Source: Candidatus Babelota bacterium (GTDB taxonomy: Bacteria; Babelota; Babeliae; Babelales; Chromulinivoraceae). Taken from it: a DNA stretch of 64,000 bases. Location of the stretch: assembly GCA_016183005.1 (NCBI GenBank), contig JACPFN010000008.1, positions 11,016-75,015 on the forward strand. Reading direction: 5' to 3'. Numbering within the stretch: the stretch's first letter is position 1; the number at the start of each line of letters is the position of its first letter. Shown here piece after piece: positions 1 to 9,800 of this stretch. Below the pieces are notes generated by a model, which was not told where the DNA came from, searched no databases, and saw nothing but the letters and a program-made list of their open reading frames with translations. The position numbers and the translations under genes are program-made.

Positions 1-236
1 AATGATTGAACGGTCTGTTCATCCTGTTCTATAGAAATTATAAGTTCTGAAAATGCATCAAATGCTTTTTCTTCTCTGCGCTTGGTATACCAACTATTTA
101 AAAAATATCCGCCAACCAAAATAAATAATAATGTCATACCGATGGTAAATTCTTTAACATATTTAGCAGAATATTGTTCAGAAAGATTTTGATAATATGA
201 TACAATATTTTTCTTAGCTTTTGCATACATACTCAT
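1..236 (-). CDS. hypothetical membrane protein, N-terminal part only (runs off the left edge)
   Basis: Hand translation of the minus strand from ATG at 236-234 gives MSMYAKAKKNIVSYYQNLSEQYSAKYVKEFTIGMTLLFILVGGYFLNSWYTKRREEKAFDAF..., open to position 1. One clear TM helix. No family assignable. Confidence 0.45.
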   Translation of the reverse strand, partial: MSMYAKAKKNIVSYYQNLSEQYSAKYVKEFTIGMTLLFILVGGYFLNSWYTKRREEKAFDAFSELIISIEQDEQTVQS

Positions 237-468
237 ACTAAATTCCTATCCTTTGTATTCCTAAAATTTATAGGAAATATTAATCTCGTTATAAAGGTTT
301 TTTCAATTATAACAAAGTTACCACATACCCTAAAAAATTCAATAAAATGGGCATTAAATCTTTATATCAAATAGATACCATAACCTTATTACAAAATTCA
401 TAGAGCAGTAACTATCAAGTTTTACCAATTAATTAATTGGTAAAATGAAATTTGATTGTTTTTTAAAA

Positions 469-1185
469 TTACTCATTCTTAAAATTACTCAATTGAAGAG
501 CAAAATTTGGAACAAGCAGTAGATCCAATCTTTGGAGTAATTCTTCCAGGCTACCAACTCCAAAAAATCTTTTTTTAACCCATGCCTTTTCCTGCATAAT
601 TCCTTTTTTACAACAGTAATCCCGATATATAAAACCAACATCTGACATTATGCTACATACTGCACCCTCATATTCTAAAGAAGGACAGATTTCTACCCTA
701 ACATATATCCCCATTTTTCTTAGCATATCAAGTCGACGATTTATTTCTTCTACAAGCCTAGAAGGATTTTTATCTGCAATTATTTCTCGGTTTAGTGAAT
801 CTAGCAAAATTTCCGAAAAAGCAACTTTATTTTCAAAAACGTTTTTCAAAACTGCGTCACAATCTTCGCTTGCGCATTTAATTTTTTCAGCAAATATTTT
901 TTGCGCTTCAAGATCTCTTTTATTGCTTTCAGCCAACATTTTAAGAAAGCTTTGCTCTCTTTCAGCCAACGCTTCAAGATCTCTTTTCTCGCTTTCAGCA
1001 ATAAGTAATTGTCTTTCGCGATGTTTTGCTTCACATTGTTGTGCATAGCTTATCCCATCTATATGATCTAATCTTCTAAACGCGGAAGCTAAACTAGGAA
1101 CAAATTTACGCACAGTACTATCACTACAATAATTAGATATAAACAACGAAGAAAAAATAAAAAAATATGTCTTTTGAGATAACAT
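469..1185 (-). CDS. hypothetical protein with hydrophobic N-terminus and coiled-coil repeat
   Basis: 238-aa ORF. N-terminal hydrophobic stretch (YFFIFSSLFISNYC). Internal duplicated segment (AESEKRDLEALAERE / AESNKRDLEAQKIFAE). No family recognised. Confidence 0.55.
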   Translation of the reverse strand: MLSQKTYFFIFSSLFISNYCSDSTVRKFVPSLASAFRRLDHIDGISYAQQCEAKHRERQLLIAESEKRDLEALAEREQSFLKMLAESNKRDLEAQKIFAEKIKCASEDCDAVLKNVFENKVAFSEILLDSLNREIIADKNPSRLVEEINRRLDMLRKMGIYVRVEICPSLEYEGAVCSIMSDVGFIYRDYCCKKGIMQEKAWVKKRFFGVGSLEELLQRLDLLLVPNFALQLSNFKNE

Positions 1186-1260
1186 AAAGCCCCTATATAA
1201 TAAATCTATTTTAATTTTTTTCTAAAATATATTTAGCCCTTACAGCATCAAACTTAAAAT

Positions 1261-1304
1261 ACAATAAAAGTGGCAATCCAAGGTAGGGTTGCCACTTTTA
1301 TTGT
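1261..1304 (-). terminator. hairpin downstream of rpmF
   Basis: Perfect 16-bp inverted repeat acaataaaagtggcaa / ttgccacttttattgt with a 12-nt loop, about 16 nt after the rpmF stop. Confidence 0.6.
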
Positions 1305-1320
1305 ATTTTTATAATCTCGA

Positions 1321-1605
1321 TTAAGCTTCTTGAGAACCTTGTGCATGTTCAGCTTGAGCTGACTTCATCTTTGATTCTTGACGAGCTTGTGCTACTTGAG
1401 CTTTTTGGCTGCGCTTTGCACGACGATCTTCTTTAGTTTCAAGAACCTTTACGCCTTTGTAATATCCACTTACTAAGCAAACAGTATGAGGCATAATTGG
1501 TGTGCCACTATTTGGACACTTAGTAAATGTTTTTACCTCTAAACCTTTATTAGCTGATCTTGAATCACGACGAGATCGAGATGATTTACGTTTGGGACAT
1601 GGCAT
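1321..1605 (-). CDS. rpmF: 50S ribosomal protein L32 with a K/Q/A-rich C-terminal extension
   Basis: N-terminus MPCPKRKSSRSRRDSR matches the L32 signature (xVPKRKxSKSRRD). Small basic protein. Confidence 0.88.
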   Translation of the reverse strand: MPCPKRKSSRSRRDSRSANKGLEVKTFTKCPNSGTPIMPHTVCLVSGYYKGVKVLETKEDRRAKRSQKAQVAQARQESKMKSAQAEHAQGSQEA

Positions 1606-1705
1606 ACTAAATTCCTGATTGTTATAATATTTTTTAAAAATTTGAATATTGCATTACGATAATTACAGTGTACAAAAAAAAGGCCTAAAAAGCAAAAAAT
1701 TCTAT

Positions 1706-2143
1706 TCACCCATTCAAATAACCGAACTGACATTTTCCTTTTACCGGATATCCATCCTGCTGCCATGCAAATATTCCTCCATCAAGAACCTGTACATCGA
1801 CAAATCCAAGATTCTTAATGATTTCATAAGCATGTCGACTCAATGCACAATCTTTTCCAGCACAATAAATAATAATTTTTCTATTACGAGGCCACTTCTG
1901 ACTATTTTTTAACTTTTTATAAAGAATATGTATGGGAATATTAATAGAATTGACAATGGTACAATCTTGGCAAATATATCGAGGCAGAACATTAATTAAA
2001 TACCAACGAGATTCATCTTTATCCGACAAACAATCAATATGATCAGCCACCTCTTTACATGAAACGTACGACACAGAGGCATTATTAACCATAAAAATAG
2101 AGCTTGCTGCCAAAATTCCTAAAAATATTGCTTTAATTTTCAT
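1706..2143 (-). CDS. rhodanese-domain protein with signal peptide
   Basis: N-terminal signal MKIKAIFLGILAASSIFM. Rhodanese active-site region IIIYCAGKDCALSRHAYEIIKNLGF..VLDGGIFAW. Confidence 0.78.
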   Translation of the reverse strand: MKIKAIFLGILAASSIFMVNNASVSYVSCKEVADHIDCLSDKDESRWYLINVLPRYICQDCTIVNSINIPIHILYKKLKNSQKWPRNRKIIIYCAGKDCALSRHAYEIIKNLGFVDVQVLDGGIFAWQQDGYPVKGKCQFGYLNG

Positions 2144-2212
2144 ACTCCCCCTCGCTTCTTATAAATTTATGCCCCATGCTATCAAAAAAAAAATAACAAG
2201 CTCAAGAATTAC

Positions 2213-3364
2213 TCATCTTAAAGACCAAAAACCCATACTATCCTGCATAACAAGGCCCTCAAGGCTTAAAGAAAAGAGTAAATTTTGAACGGCTACCAAA
2301 TCTATATCAACTTTTTGCATTATATGATCCGCAGACATTGGCCTAATCAATATATCAAGAATTAACCGCTCTAAAGATCCCTGTTGATACCGTGTAGGTA
2401 CAATATGATCAGAGATTTTCTGAGAAAACATAGTTAATTGCTCATTATTTTTTATAGATTCACCAACACCTGAACACAATAATCCAAATCCAGCCAAAAT
2501 ATCCTCTGAACTAGCGACTAATTGAGCTCCCTGCTTAATCAGTTCATGACAACCAGCGCTTAATGGATCAAACAATGATCCAGGAACAGCAAAAACTTCT
2601 CGTCCCTGATCAAGAGCTTGCTGTGCGGTTATCAATGCACCACTTTTTAGTGCTGCTTGCACAACAAGACATCCCAAAGATAAACCAGAAATAATTCTGT
2701 TACGTATCGGAAATGTCGTAAGATCCGGCTTTCTGCCCATAGGAAAACAACTAACAATCAAACTATTTTCATATAAAATTCTCTCAAAAAGATCTTTATT
2801 GGTTGGAGGATATTGATGACAAAGTCCTGATCCAACTACCACAATTGTTGATTTCTTAAGATTTAAAGCAAGCTCATGAGCATATCGATCGGCACCAATT
2901 GCACCTCCACTAACAACTATCCAGCCTTCCTGTATCATCGGACCAACTATTTGCGCAAGAGCATCTTTAGTATATAAACGCGCCTTACGAGCCCCCACGC
3001 ACGCAATCATTTTGTCATGCTTCAAAAGAGCTACATTACCCTGACAATACAAAATAACCGGTGGCACATGAATTTCAGACAAAAGTCTACTATATTCAAA
3101 GCACCAATATGTTACTATTTCAACCTGATGCTTTTCAATTAAATCAAGCTCTTGCTCAAGCAAGAGCTTATCAGCAAGCCCATTAACTAAAATTTGAGAC
3201 TTGCTTTCAGAAAAACCTAAAGATATAAAATCTGCAACTGAATATCCATACAAATTCTGTAAATTTTGTAAGCCAACTAAGTCAACAAGCTTTAATATAA
3301 GCAACGGTCCAATGTTAGAAATAAGATTAAGATGTAAAATGATTGATTTGAAATTAGTGTTCAT
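2213..3364 (-). CDS. dprA: DNA processing protein DprA (Smf)
   Basis: DprA core motifs GARKARLYTKDAL, VVSGGAIGADRYAHELAL and PIRNRIISGLS. 383 aa. Confidence 0.88.
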   Translation of the reverse strand: MNTNFKSIILHLNLISNIGPLLILKLVDLVGLQNLQNLYGYSVADFISLGFSESKSQILVNGLADKLLLEQELDLIEKHQVEIVTYWCFEYSRLLSEIHVPPVILYCQGNVALLKHDKMIACVGARKARLYTKDALAQIVGPMIQEGWIVVSGGAIGADRYAHELALNLKKSTIVVVGSGLCHQYPPTNKDLFERILYENSLIVSCFPMGRKPDLTTFPIRNRIISGLSLGCLVVQAALKSGALITAQQALDQGREVFAVPGSLFDPLSAGCHELIKQGAQLVASSEDILAGFGLLCSGVGESIKNNEQLTMFSQKISDHIVPTRYQQGSLERLILDILIRPMSADHIMQKVDIDLVAVQNLLFSLSLEGLVMQDSMGFWSLR

Positions 3365-3552
3365 AAGTAATTCATATGTATATAGATAAAAAAGAGAAAC
3401 ATGAATACACTTCTCTTTTTTACCTAAATAATTCTATATAATATTAAGTATTGTTAATAAAAAATCAGTTTTTCCACATGAAAAGCAATGGAATAACTAA
3501 ATTAAAAATGTAACAAAATTAATACAAATCTAAATTCTAGTTCTCGTTATTT

Positions 3553-4317
3553 TTAATCTCTTGTTGTTTTATCTACATTAGAAAATTGTAATCGCGCTTC
3601 TGCAATCTCTTTTTCTGTAGGATATAGTTTATTCGATTGATCTATATTATCAGAATCAACAACGGTAATCTTAATTATATTACCATTATTTAAAACATGT
3701 GTTCCATATTCACCATTCTTGATTTTTTTTCTAATCTCTTGATCAAGCTCCTCTGGATCCATAGTACCATTCTGCAACTTAACTAAGGTGAAACCGATAC
3801 ATTTTTGTACATCATCATTAGACGGTAAAGAGATCTTATCTGCTCGATTCATAAAAAATATATTTTGCCGAGAATCTTTATTTTTAGGATATTGAACAAA
3901 ACAGATTTTTCCTTCTTCTAATTCTCGACCCATATTTCTAAGATGCTCTATCAACTCTTCTGAAAGAAACTCTTTTGCTGCATTAATTCTATCAATAACT
4001 ATATTTTCATATGCGGCAGATACATAAGAAGCAAAACTATTTTCTTTTTTGTTAAAATCGTAAAATTCTACGCCAAATCCCAATTTACAGCCTAACTGCA
4101 AAAATCTATACCTCAGACAACCTAAATAAGATAATTTATGATTCGGCTTGCTTGCTAAATATCCAACATAAAACAGATTTGGACCAGAACCAACATTTTT
4201 TGATGTCCATGACTTAATGAATGAATGCTTCTCAAAAAGTCCGTAACTTTCCTTCTCTTCTTCAGCTATTACACTCAAGAAATTAAATACTAAAAATATT
4301 CTCAATGTTTTTTTCAT
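3553..4317 (-). CDS. hypothetical secreted protein
   Basis: 254-aa ORF with N-terminal signal-like MKKTLRIFLVFNFLSVIA. No family recognised. Confidence 0.55.
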   Translation of the reverse strand: MKKTLRIFLVFNFLSVIAEEEKESYGLFEKHSFIKSWTSKNVGSGPNLFYVGYLASKPNHKLSYLGCLRYRFLQLGCKLGFGVEFYDFNKKENSFASYVSAAYENIVIDRINAAKEFLSEELIEHLRNMGRELEEGKICFVQYPKNKDSRQNIFFMNRADKISLPSNDDVQKCIGFTLVKLQNGTMDPEELDQEIRKKIKNGEYGTHVLNNGNIIKITVVDSDNIDQSNKLYPTEKEIAEARLQFSNVDKTTRD

Positions 4318-4336
4318 AATGAACCCCTACAATTTT

Positions 4337-4371
4337 AAAAAAGAGCAGCATTTACGATGCCACTCTTTTTT
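4337..4371 (-). terminator. imperfect hairpin plus T-run downstream of gyrA
   Basis: aaaaaagagcagcat / atgccactctttttt inverted repeat with a 2-nt internal mismatch, flanked by A and T runs, about 22 nt after the gyrA stop. Confidence 0.4.
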
Positions 4372-4392
4372 ATCTACATATATCTTTTAATT

Positions 4393-6818
4393 TTATTCCT
4401 GTACGTCACCCGATTCAAAATCTCCGGCGCTGTCACCACCTTGAGAGCTTATAGCTTCTTCAAAGTTTACCTCAAATGCTACAACCGATGACAACTCTTG
4501 ATCTGAATCAAGTCTGATAAGACGAACGCCTTGCGCCTGACGGCCCATAGTGCGAACCTCTTTAGGCGAAATTCTAATAATTTTTCCTGTTTTATCAATC
4601 AAAAGTATCTCAGAATTTTCACCAACTTTTACAAGACCAATCACATCACCGTTACGATCCCCGGTTGGAATTGTTCTAACACCCACTCCACCGCGATGAG
4701 CAACACGAAAATCTTCAATTTTTGTTCGTTTACCATATCCACGAGCTGTTGCAAATAATAAATCACGATCATCAGAAATAACTTCCATTCCTACAACTTC
4801 ATCACCCTTACGTAGACGAATTCCTCTAACGCCCGCAGCTTGACGCCCCATAGAGCGAACTTCTGGCGCCTGGAACCGAATACCCTGACCAAGCTTAGTT
4901 GCAATGACAACGGAATCCGCATCGGCACAAACAGCACAGAATACTAATTGATCACCATCATTAAGACCCAATGCTCGAATACCGGTACAACGAATCTTAA
5001 TAAAGCTTTGACCCAAAGTACGTTTTACGCTTCCATCTTTTGTTACCATAATGATATACTTGTCAGCTATATTTGCAGAATCAAGAAGCTTTACTATGTA
5101 TTCACCATCCTGAAGTGGAAGCAAATTAACAAGTGCACGACCTTTTGCTATTCGAGAACCCTCTGGAATCTCATATACCTTCATACAATATACGCGACCG
5201 AAGTTTGAAAAGAAGAGTAAATCGCCATGTGTTGTTGTAACAAATAGATCTTGCACAATGTCATCTGAATCATCAAGTGACGTCATGCCCATTTTGCCCT
5301 TACCGCCACGATGTTGCACTTCATATGTTTTCAAGGTTACGCGCTTAATATAACCCTTACGAGTCAATGTTACGACAACATCCTCTTCTGGAACTAAATC
5401 TAGATCAGAAAGAATATTAATCGGCCCTTCAATGCGTGTACGACGTACATCTGCATACTCATTTTTTATGTTCTGCAACTCTCTGACAATCTCTTTATCA
5501 AGAGCTGTTGCATCATCAAGAATAATTTGAAGCTGAGAAATTAAAGATTTAACCTCTTTCATCTCTTCTTGAATTTTTGCCTGTTCTAAACCAGTCAAGC
5601 GCTGAAGTCTCATCTCCAAAATCGCTTTTGCCTGAGCCTCAGAGAGCATATATTTTTCATTAAGCTTTACTATTGCCTCTTCAGCAGACTGAGACTTTTT
5701 AATCAATTCAATAATTGGATCAATATTATCCAACGCAATTAAAAGCCCAGCAAGAATATGTTCTCTTGCACGAGCTTTAGATAAATCATACTCGGTACGC
5801 TTGTAAATAATTGTACGACGATGAACCAAAAATTCATCAAGCATACGACGCAATGTAAATATTGTTGGTTTATTATCAAGAAGCGCCAACATCAAAATAG
5901 AAACCGTTGTCTGAAGCGATGTATATTTATACAATTGATTTAATGTGACACTTGGAATTTCTCCCTTTTTAAGCTCAAATACAAGACGCATGCCCTTTTT
6001 ATCAGATTCATCTCTAATATTAGAAATTCCCTCAACAACTTTTTCTTTAACTAAATCGGCAATACGAATAATAAGCTCAGACTTATTAACCATATAAGGA
6101 AGCTGCTTGACCACAAGCTGTGTTCCGCGCTTTCCTTCTTCCTCTTCGATGACTGCGCGCAAGATTAAACTACCGCGGCCTGTTTGATATGCCTTCACAA
6201 TTCCTGCACGACCACGGCATCAATAACTTCACCCAAGTTATGTGGTGGAATAGAAGTTGCCATACCCACAGCAATACCCGTAGTACCATTTACCAATAAA
6301 TTTGGAACTTTAGTCGGAAGAAGTATCGGCTCAATAGTTGATTCATCAAAGTTTGGTACAAAATCTACCGTATCTTTTCCCAAGTCAGCCAAAAGCTCTG
6401 AACTGATCTTGGTCATCTTTACCTCAGTATAACGCATTGCCGCTGCGTTATCACCATCCACAGACCCCCAGTTTCCTTGTCCATCAAGCAATGGATAACG
6501 CTTTGCAAAATCCTGAACCATGCCAACCATGGTATTATACACAGCTTGATCTCCGTGCGGATGAAAACGCCCAAGCACTTCACCAACTACACGAACAGAT
6601 TTATGATAAGGTTTATTATGAAAAAAACCAAGCGTATACATAGTATAAATAATTCTACGATGTACCGGCTTAAGTCCATCACGAACGTCAGGAATTGCTC
6701 GTGATACCACAACAGACATTGCATAATCAAGGAAGGAGGACTTTAACTCATCTTCAATTAATACCGGATATACAGAATTTTTTTTAAGATCTTGATTTGA
6801 ATTGGTATCAGAGCTCAT
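4393..6818 (-). pseudogene. gyrA: DNA gyrase subunit A, disrupted by an internal deletion plus frame change near 6196-6222
   Basis: ORF 6818-6195 has [18 protein letters not shown] and the catalytic AAMRYTE, ending [20 protein letters not shown] 6198-4393 continues with (GRAGIV)KAYQTGRGS...QLPYMVNK...EGISNIRDESDK and the C-terminal beta-pinwheel repeats. The conserved ..LM..I.GPDFPT.. segment between them is absent and the frames differ. Confidence 0.85.
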
Positions 6819-6995
6819 TAATATCCTTAAAACATTTCTAAATTTTCTAAAATAAAATGATTTTTAGATTAAAATAATTTTAATCTACTTGTATGTTTAT
6901 ATAGCTTCAAAATTTTGTCAATTTGAGTAAAAAACACTTAATTTAGTATAACACAAATAGTTAAAAAATAACAATAAAGGTAGCAAGATTCAAAC

Positions 6996-7030
6996 AAAAA
7001 GATCTGCTCAAATTTAAGCAGATCTTTTTT
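6996..7030 (-). terminator. rho-independent terminator downstream of grpE
   Basis: 13-bp inverted repeat aaaaagatctgct / agcagatcttttt with an 8-nt loop and T-run (minus-strand sense), about 20 nt after the grpE stop. Confidence 0.65.
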
Positions 7031-7048
7031 AAGAATTTATCTAAAAAT

Positions 7049-7564
7049 TTATAAAGCGACGGAAACCTTTGCTGGCCTTAAAACTTTATCTTTGAGCATA
7101 AACCCCTTTGATAAAAACTGTACAATTTCACCGGATGAATGATCTTGAGATTCAACTTGCATTACAGCTTCATGAAACTCTGGATTAAACTCTTTAATTT
7201 CAGTCATTGCCTTAACATCATTCTTAGCAAGAATCTTTAAAACTGATTGATACAGCATATCAAGAGCAACTTTGTCGATATTAGGCTGCGTACGTGCAAC
7301 TTCAAATGCATCAACAAACGATAAAAGGTCATATAAAATAGATTCTTTTGCTACATCAGCCCAACGACCCTGTTCTCTTTCTGTTCTTTTTTTAAAGTTT
7401 TCAAAATCAGCAGAAATTCTTTTGCATTGATCTTTCCACAAAGAAAGCTCGGTCAGGCACATATCTATCTCATTTTTATTATTACCATGTTCCACCCCGG
7501 AAGCATTATTTTCTTGATCTTGATTTTCTGGTAAATTATCTAATTCTTCATGCTCAAAATTCAT
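7049..7564 (-). CDS. grpE: nucleotide exchange factor GrpE
   Basis: Acidic N-terminus, then WKDQCKRISADFENFKKRTEREQ (GrpE coiled-coil signature) and C-terminal GFMLKDKVLRPAKV. Confidence 0.88.
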   Translation of the reverse strand: MNFEHEELDNLPENQDQENNASGVEHGNNKNEIDMCLTELSLWKDQCKRISADFENFKKRTEREQGRWADVAKESILYDLLSFVDAFEVARTQPNIDKVALDMLYQSVLKILAKNDVKAMTEIKEFNPEFHEAVMQVESQDHSSGEIVQFLSKGFMLKDKVLRPAKVSVAL

Positions 7565-7911
7565 AAATATACTTTCTTCTGTTACAAAATGTACGCTTTA
7601 TATGATAATGATATCATAAAAATTCATTACACAAAAGATTCAAATTCAGCTGTATAATAAACAAAAAGTTAATAAGCTTAAAGCTTGCGCAACCAACAAT
7701 AATCCTAAGCTACATCTTGACGTGATTATCTATTTGACTAATATTGTGCTACTGAGTCACGTACTCAAACTCAAGCTAACGCTATAAACAATAAAATAAA
7801 TTACAATCAACAAATACTATTTAAATTAAATGCTTACAATTCTATTTTGTTGATTCTTTTATTTTATAGGTACATGAAATATAAATTTTAAAATTGAAAA
7901 CTATAAAAACT

Positions 7912-9144
7912 ATGAAAATTATAAATTATATCGCGCCCATTATAACATTGTTTCTTATCATACCTCATCAAACTCTTAGTATGTACACAACATTTTTTAG
8001 ACCTACTTTCTGGCTAGAAAAACCGAGATTTGATCGCAGAAATATGACCTCTTATGAATTAAGTCCATATTATGCTTGGGCAGATAAGTCATTTGATAAA
8101 AACGGCGAAAAAGTCCCTCTTTTAGCATTTGCAAATCCAGAACCATTACTACCAAGCTTTCTTGAACCAATCAAAAATTGTGCTTATAATTCACGAAAAA
8201 ATGATGAATCTCCAATAGGATATGCTATTTTCGATGCGAAATATGTAACCACGGTAATAACTAATGAAATTATCCAAAATTTTCATGAAAACTTTTTTGT
8301 TCAGATCAACATTCCTCTAGGTCTTGATACCTTAAAAAATATTTCTATTACCCCAACTAATAAAGCAGGGGTCGCCATAGAACACAATGAGGAAATTGAT
8401 ACATACCTTGATGCATTATCATCCAAGCTTTTTGAATCTAAAAATAGAAATATACAATATTCACCATTTATTGGACCATCATTCATACTTTTTGGATTTA
8501 CTAAAAGTTTTACCCATTTTACTCGTTTAGATTTATTAGATTTTGAATTTAAAACTGGTCTAGTATTACCAGATCATAGTTTAGATAAAGAATCAGATTT
8601 TTTGCTATTACCACGTACAAACTTAAATAATTACGGAATACCGTTTCAATTAAAATGCATGATAGGAATATACGATTGGCTTAATTTTGGGGTTTCAGCA
8701 ACAACCGTTCTTCATATTAAAAAGGATTCTATATATAAAATTAATCAACAGCCATACCCAAACATGCTCATAATTCCTACCAAAAAAATGGCCAGCATGC
8801 TACATTATCCATTTTTAGCATTTACAACATATATCGAGGGTGAAAACTTCCTTCCTCACTGGACATGGCACGTTGGATTGAATTTCATAAAACAACTCAA
8901 AACTGTTTTTGAAATTTGCGGAGGAAGCGCTGAAGAAAATCGCATAGCAAACCAATTTCCAAGTCAATTACCATGGGAACAGATCTCTATAACTCTTTCA
9001 TCCGAATTTGATATCTTTTCGCAAGAAGGACGAATTATGCCTAAAATTAGAATTACTTACGCCAACCGCTTATTTGGTAAAAATTGTTTTGATTCATCCC
9101 TTGTTTCAGGACACCTCGGTTTTGACGTTTTATATGATTTCTAA
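7912..9144 (+). CDS. hypothetical secreted protein, possibly an outer-membrane beta-barrel
   Basis: The track ORF starts at TTG 7894; ATG 7912 (MKIINYIAPIITLFLIIPHQTLS) is the likelier start. Signal-like N-terminus and a C-terminus ending in an aromatic residue (GFDVLYDF), typical of OMPs. No family recognised. Confidence 0.55.
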   Translation: MKIINYIAPIITLFLIIPHQTLSMYTTFFRPTFWLEKPRFDRRNMTSYELSPYYAWADKSFDKNGEKVPLLAFANPEPLLPSFLEPIKNCAYNSRKNDESPIGYAIFDAKYVTTVITNEIIQNFHENFFVQINIPLGLDTLKNISITPTNKAGVAIEHNEEIDTYLDALSSKLFESKNRNIQYSPFIGPSFILFGFTKSFTHFTRLDLLDFEFKTGLVLPDHSLDKESDFLLLPRTNLNNYGIPFQLKCMIGIYDWLNFGVSATTVLHIKKDSIYKINQQPYPNMLIIPTKKMASMLHYPFLAFTTYIEGENFLPHWTWHVGLNFIKQLKTVFEICGGSAEENRIANQFPSQLPWEQISITLSSEFDIFSQEGRIMPKIRITYANRLFGKNCFDSSLVSGHLGFDVLYDF

Positions 9145-9596
9145 TTTTCCAGTACGTTGCGCAGTTCATGTAAAGAATCAATATTTTTTCTAATTAAATC
9201 AGAATTAGACTCTGATGAACTACCCTCAAGCTTTTGAATCATTTGATCAATGCGATCAATAAGTCCCTGTAAAAAATCACGCTCATCAGTATGAATCTCA
9301 TTAAGACCCGATTTTGAATTTCTTAAATCATATAAACTATGCAAATCATCTATTTTCTGTAAAGATTTTGTAAGCATATCACTACCTTCATATTCTTTTG
9401 ATACACCCATCTGTTCAATATCTTCTTGCAGTAACAATAATCCTTCATGTAAAAGCTCGCCAAGGCTCAATGGAGCACGAAATTGCGTAACAATAGGATT
9501 AGATAATACAAAATTATGCATGCCACAGAATAAAGAAAAAATAAAAAACATATCTCTAAAATGCTTGCTCAAAAAAGCATTTGAACGTATCTTCAT
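9141..9596 (-). CDS. hypothetical protein with N-terminal hydrophobic segment
   Basis: ORF 9141-9617; the ATG at 9596 (MKIRSNAFLSKHFRDMFFIFSLFCGM) is the likely start. Its stop overlaps the stop of the convergent gene by 4 nt. Confidence 0.5.
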   Translation of the reverse strand: MKIRSNAFLSKHFRDMFFIFSLFCGMHNFVLSNPIVTQFRAPLSLGELLHEGLLLLQEDIEQMGVSKEYEGSDMLTKSLQKIDDLHSLYDLRNSKSGLNEIHTDERDFLQGLIDRIDQMIQKLEGSSSESNSDLIRKNIDSLHELRNVLEN

Positions 9597-9754
9597 AAAA
9601 CCTCCATTTTGCCCCATTACGTCAAATAGGGCATAATTTTATTATCATAATAAAGTTTTTTCTCCAAAAAAGTCAATAGTTACTTAAGGTATCAAGCTAC
9701 ATGATAAATTTATAAATCTGATGAAACATAAGCTTTTGTTAGCTAAAATCCAAC

Positions 9755-9788
9755 AAAAAAAGCCCCGATTTACATCGAGGCTCTTTTT
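9755..9788 (-). terminator. hairpin plus T-run downstream of ssb
   Basis: agccccgat / atcgaggct inverted repeat (one mismatch) flanked by an A-run and a T-run, about 13 nt after the ssb stop. Confidence 0.5.
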
Positions 9789-9800
9789 AAAATCTATTTC

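Noticed and set aside
650-1048. 132-aa plus-strand ORF (and 846-1046 minus) inside the 469-1185 gene
   Set aside because: It lies antisense or out of frame within a longer ORF, has a low-complexity S/L-rich translation typical of shadow frames in AT-rich coiled-coil genes, and has no independent start context.
1539-1912. ORFs 1539-1766 (-) and 1649-1912 (+) bridging rpmF and the rhodanese gene
   Set aside because: They overlap confidently assigned genes or the short spacer, and their translations are hydrophobic or low-complexity with no motifs. Treated as spurious.
6196-6222. Programmed translational bypass or frameshift (as in the T4 gene 60 topoisomerase subunit) to explain the split gyrA
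   Set aside because: Bypassing skips extra nucleotides. Here conserved coding sequence (about 27 codons including GPDFPT) is missing, so no recoding event could restore a normal GyrA.
7565-7893. CIRCE/HrcA operator upstream of grpE
   Set aside because: I looked for TTAGCACTC-N9-GAGTGCTAA on both strands. Only a short 5-bp palindrome (tgagt cacgt actca near 7752-7768) and a loose ttagc...gcacaa resemblance are present, which is not a convincing CIRCE.
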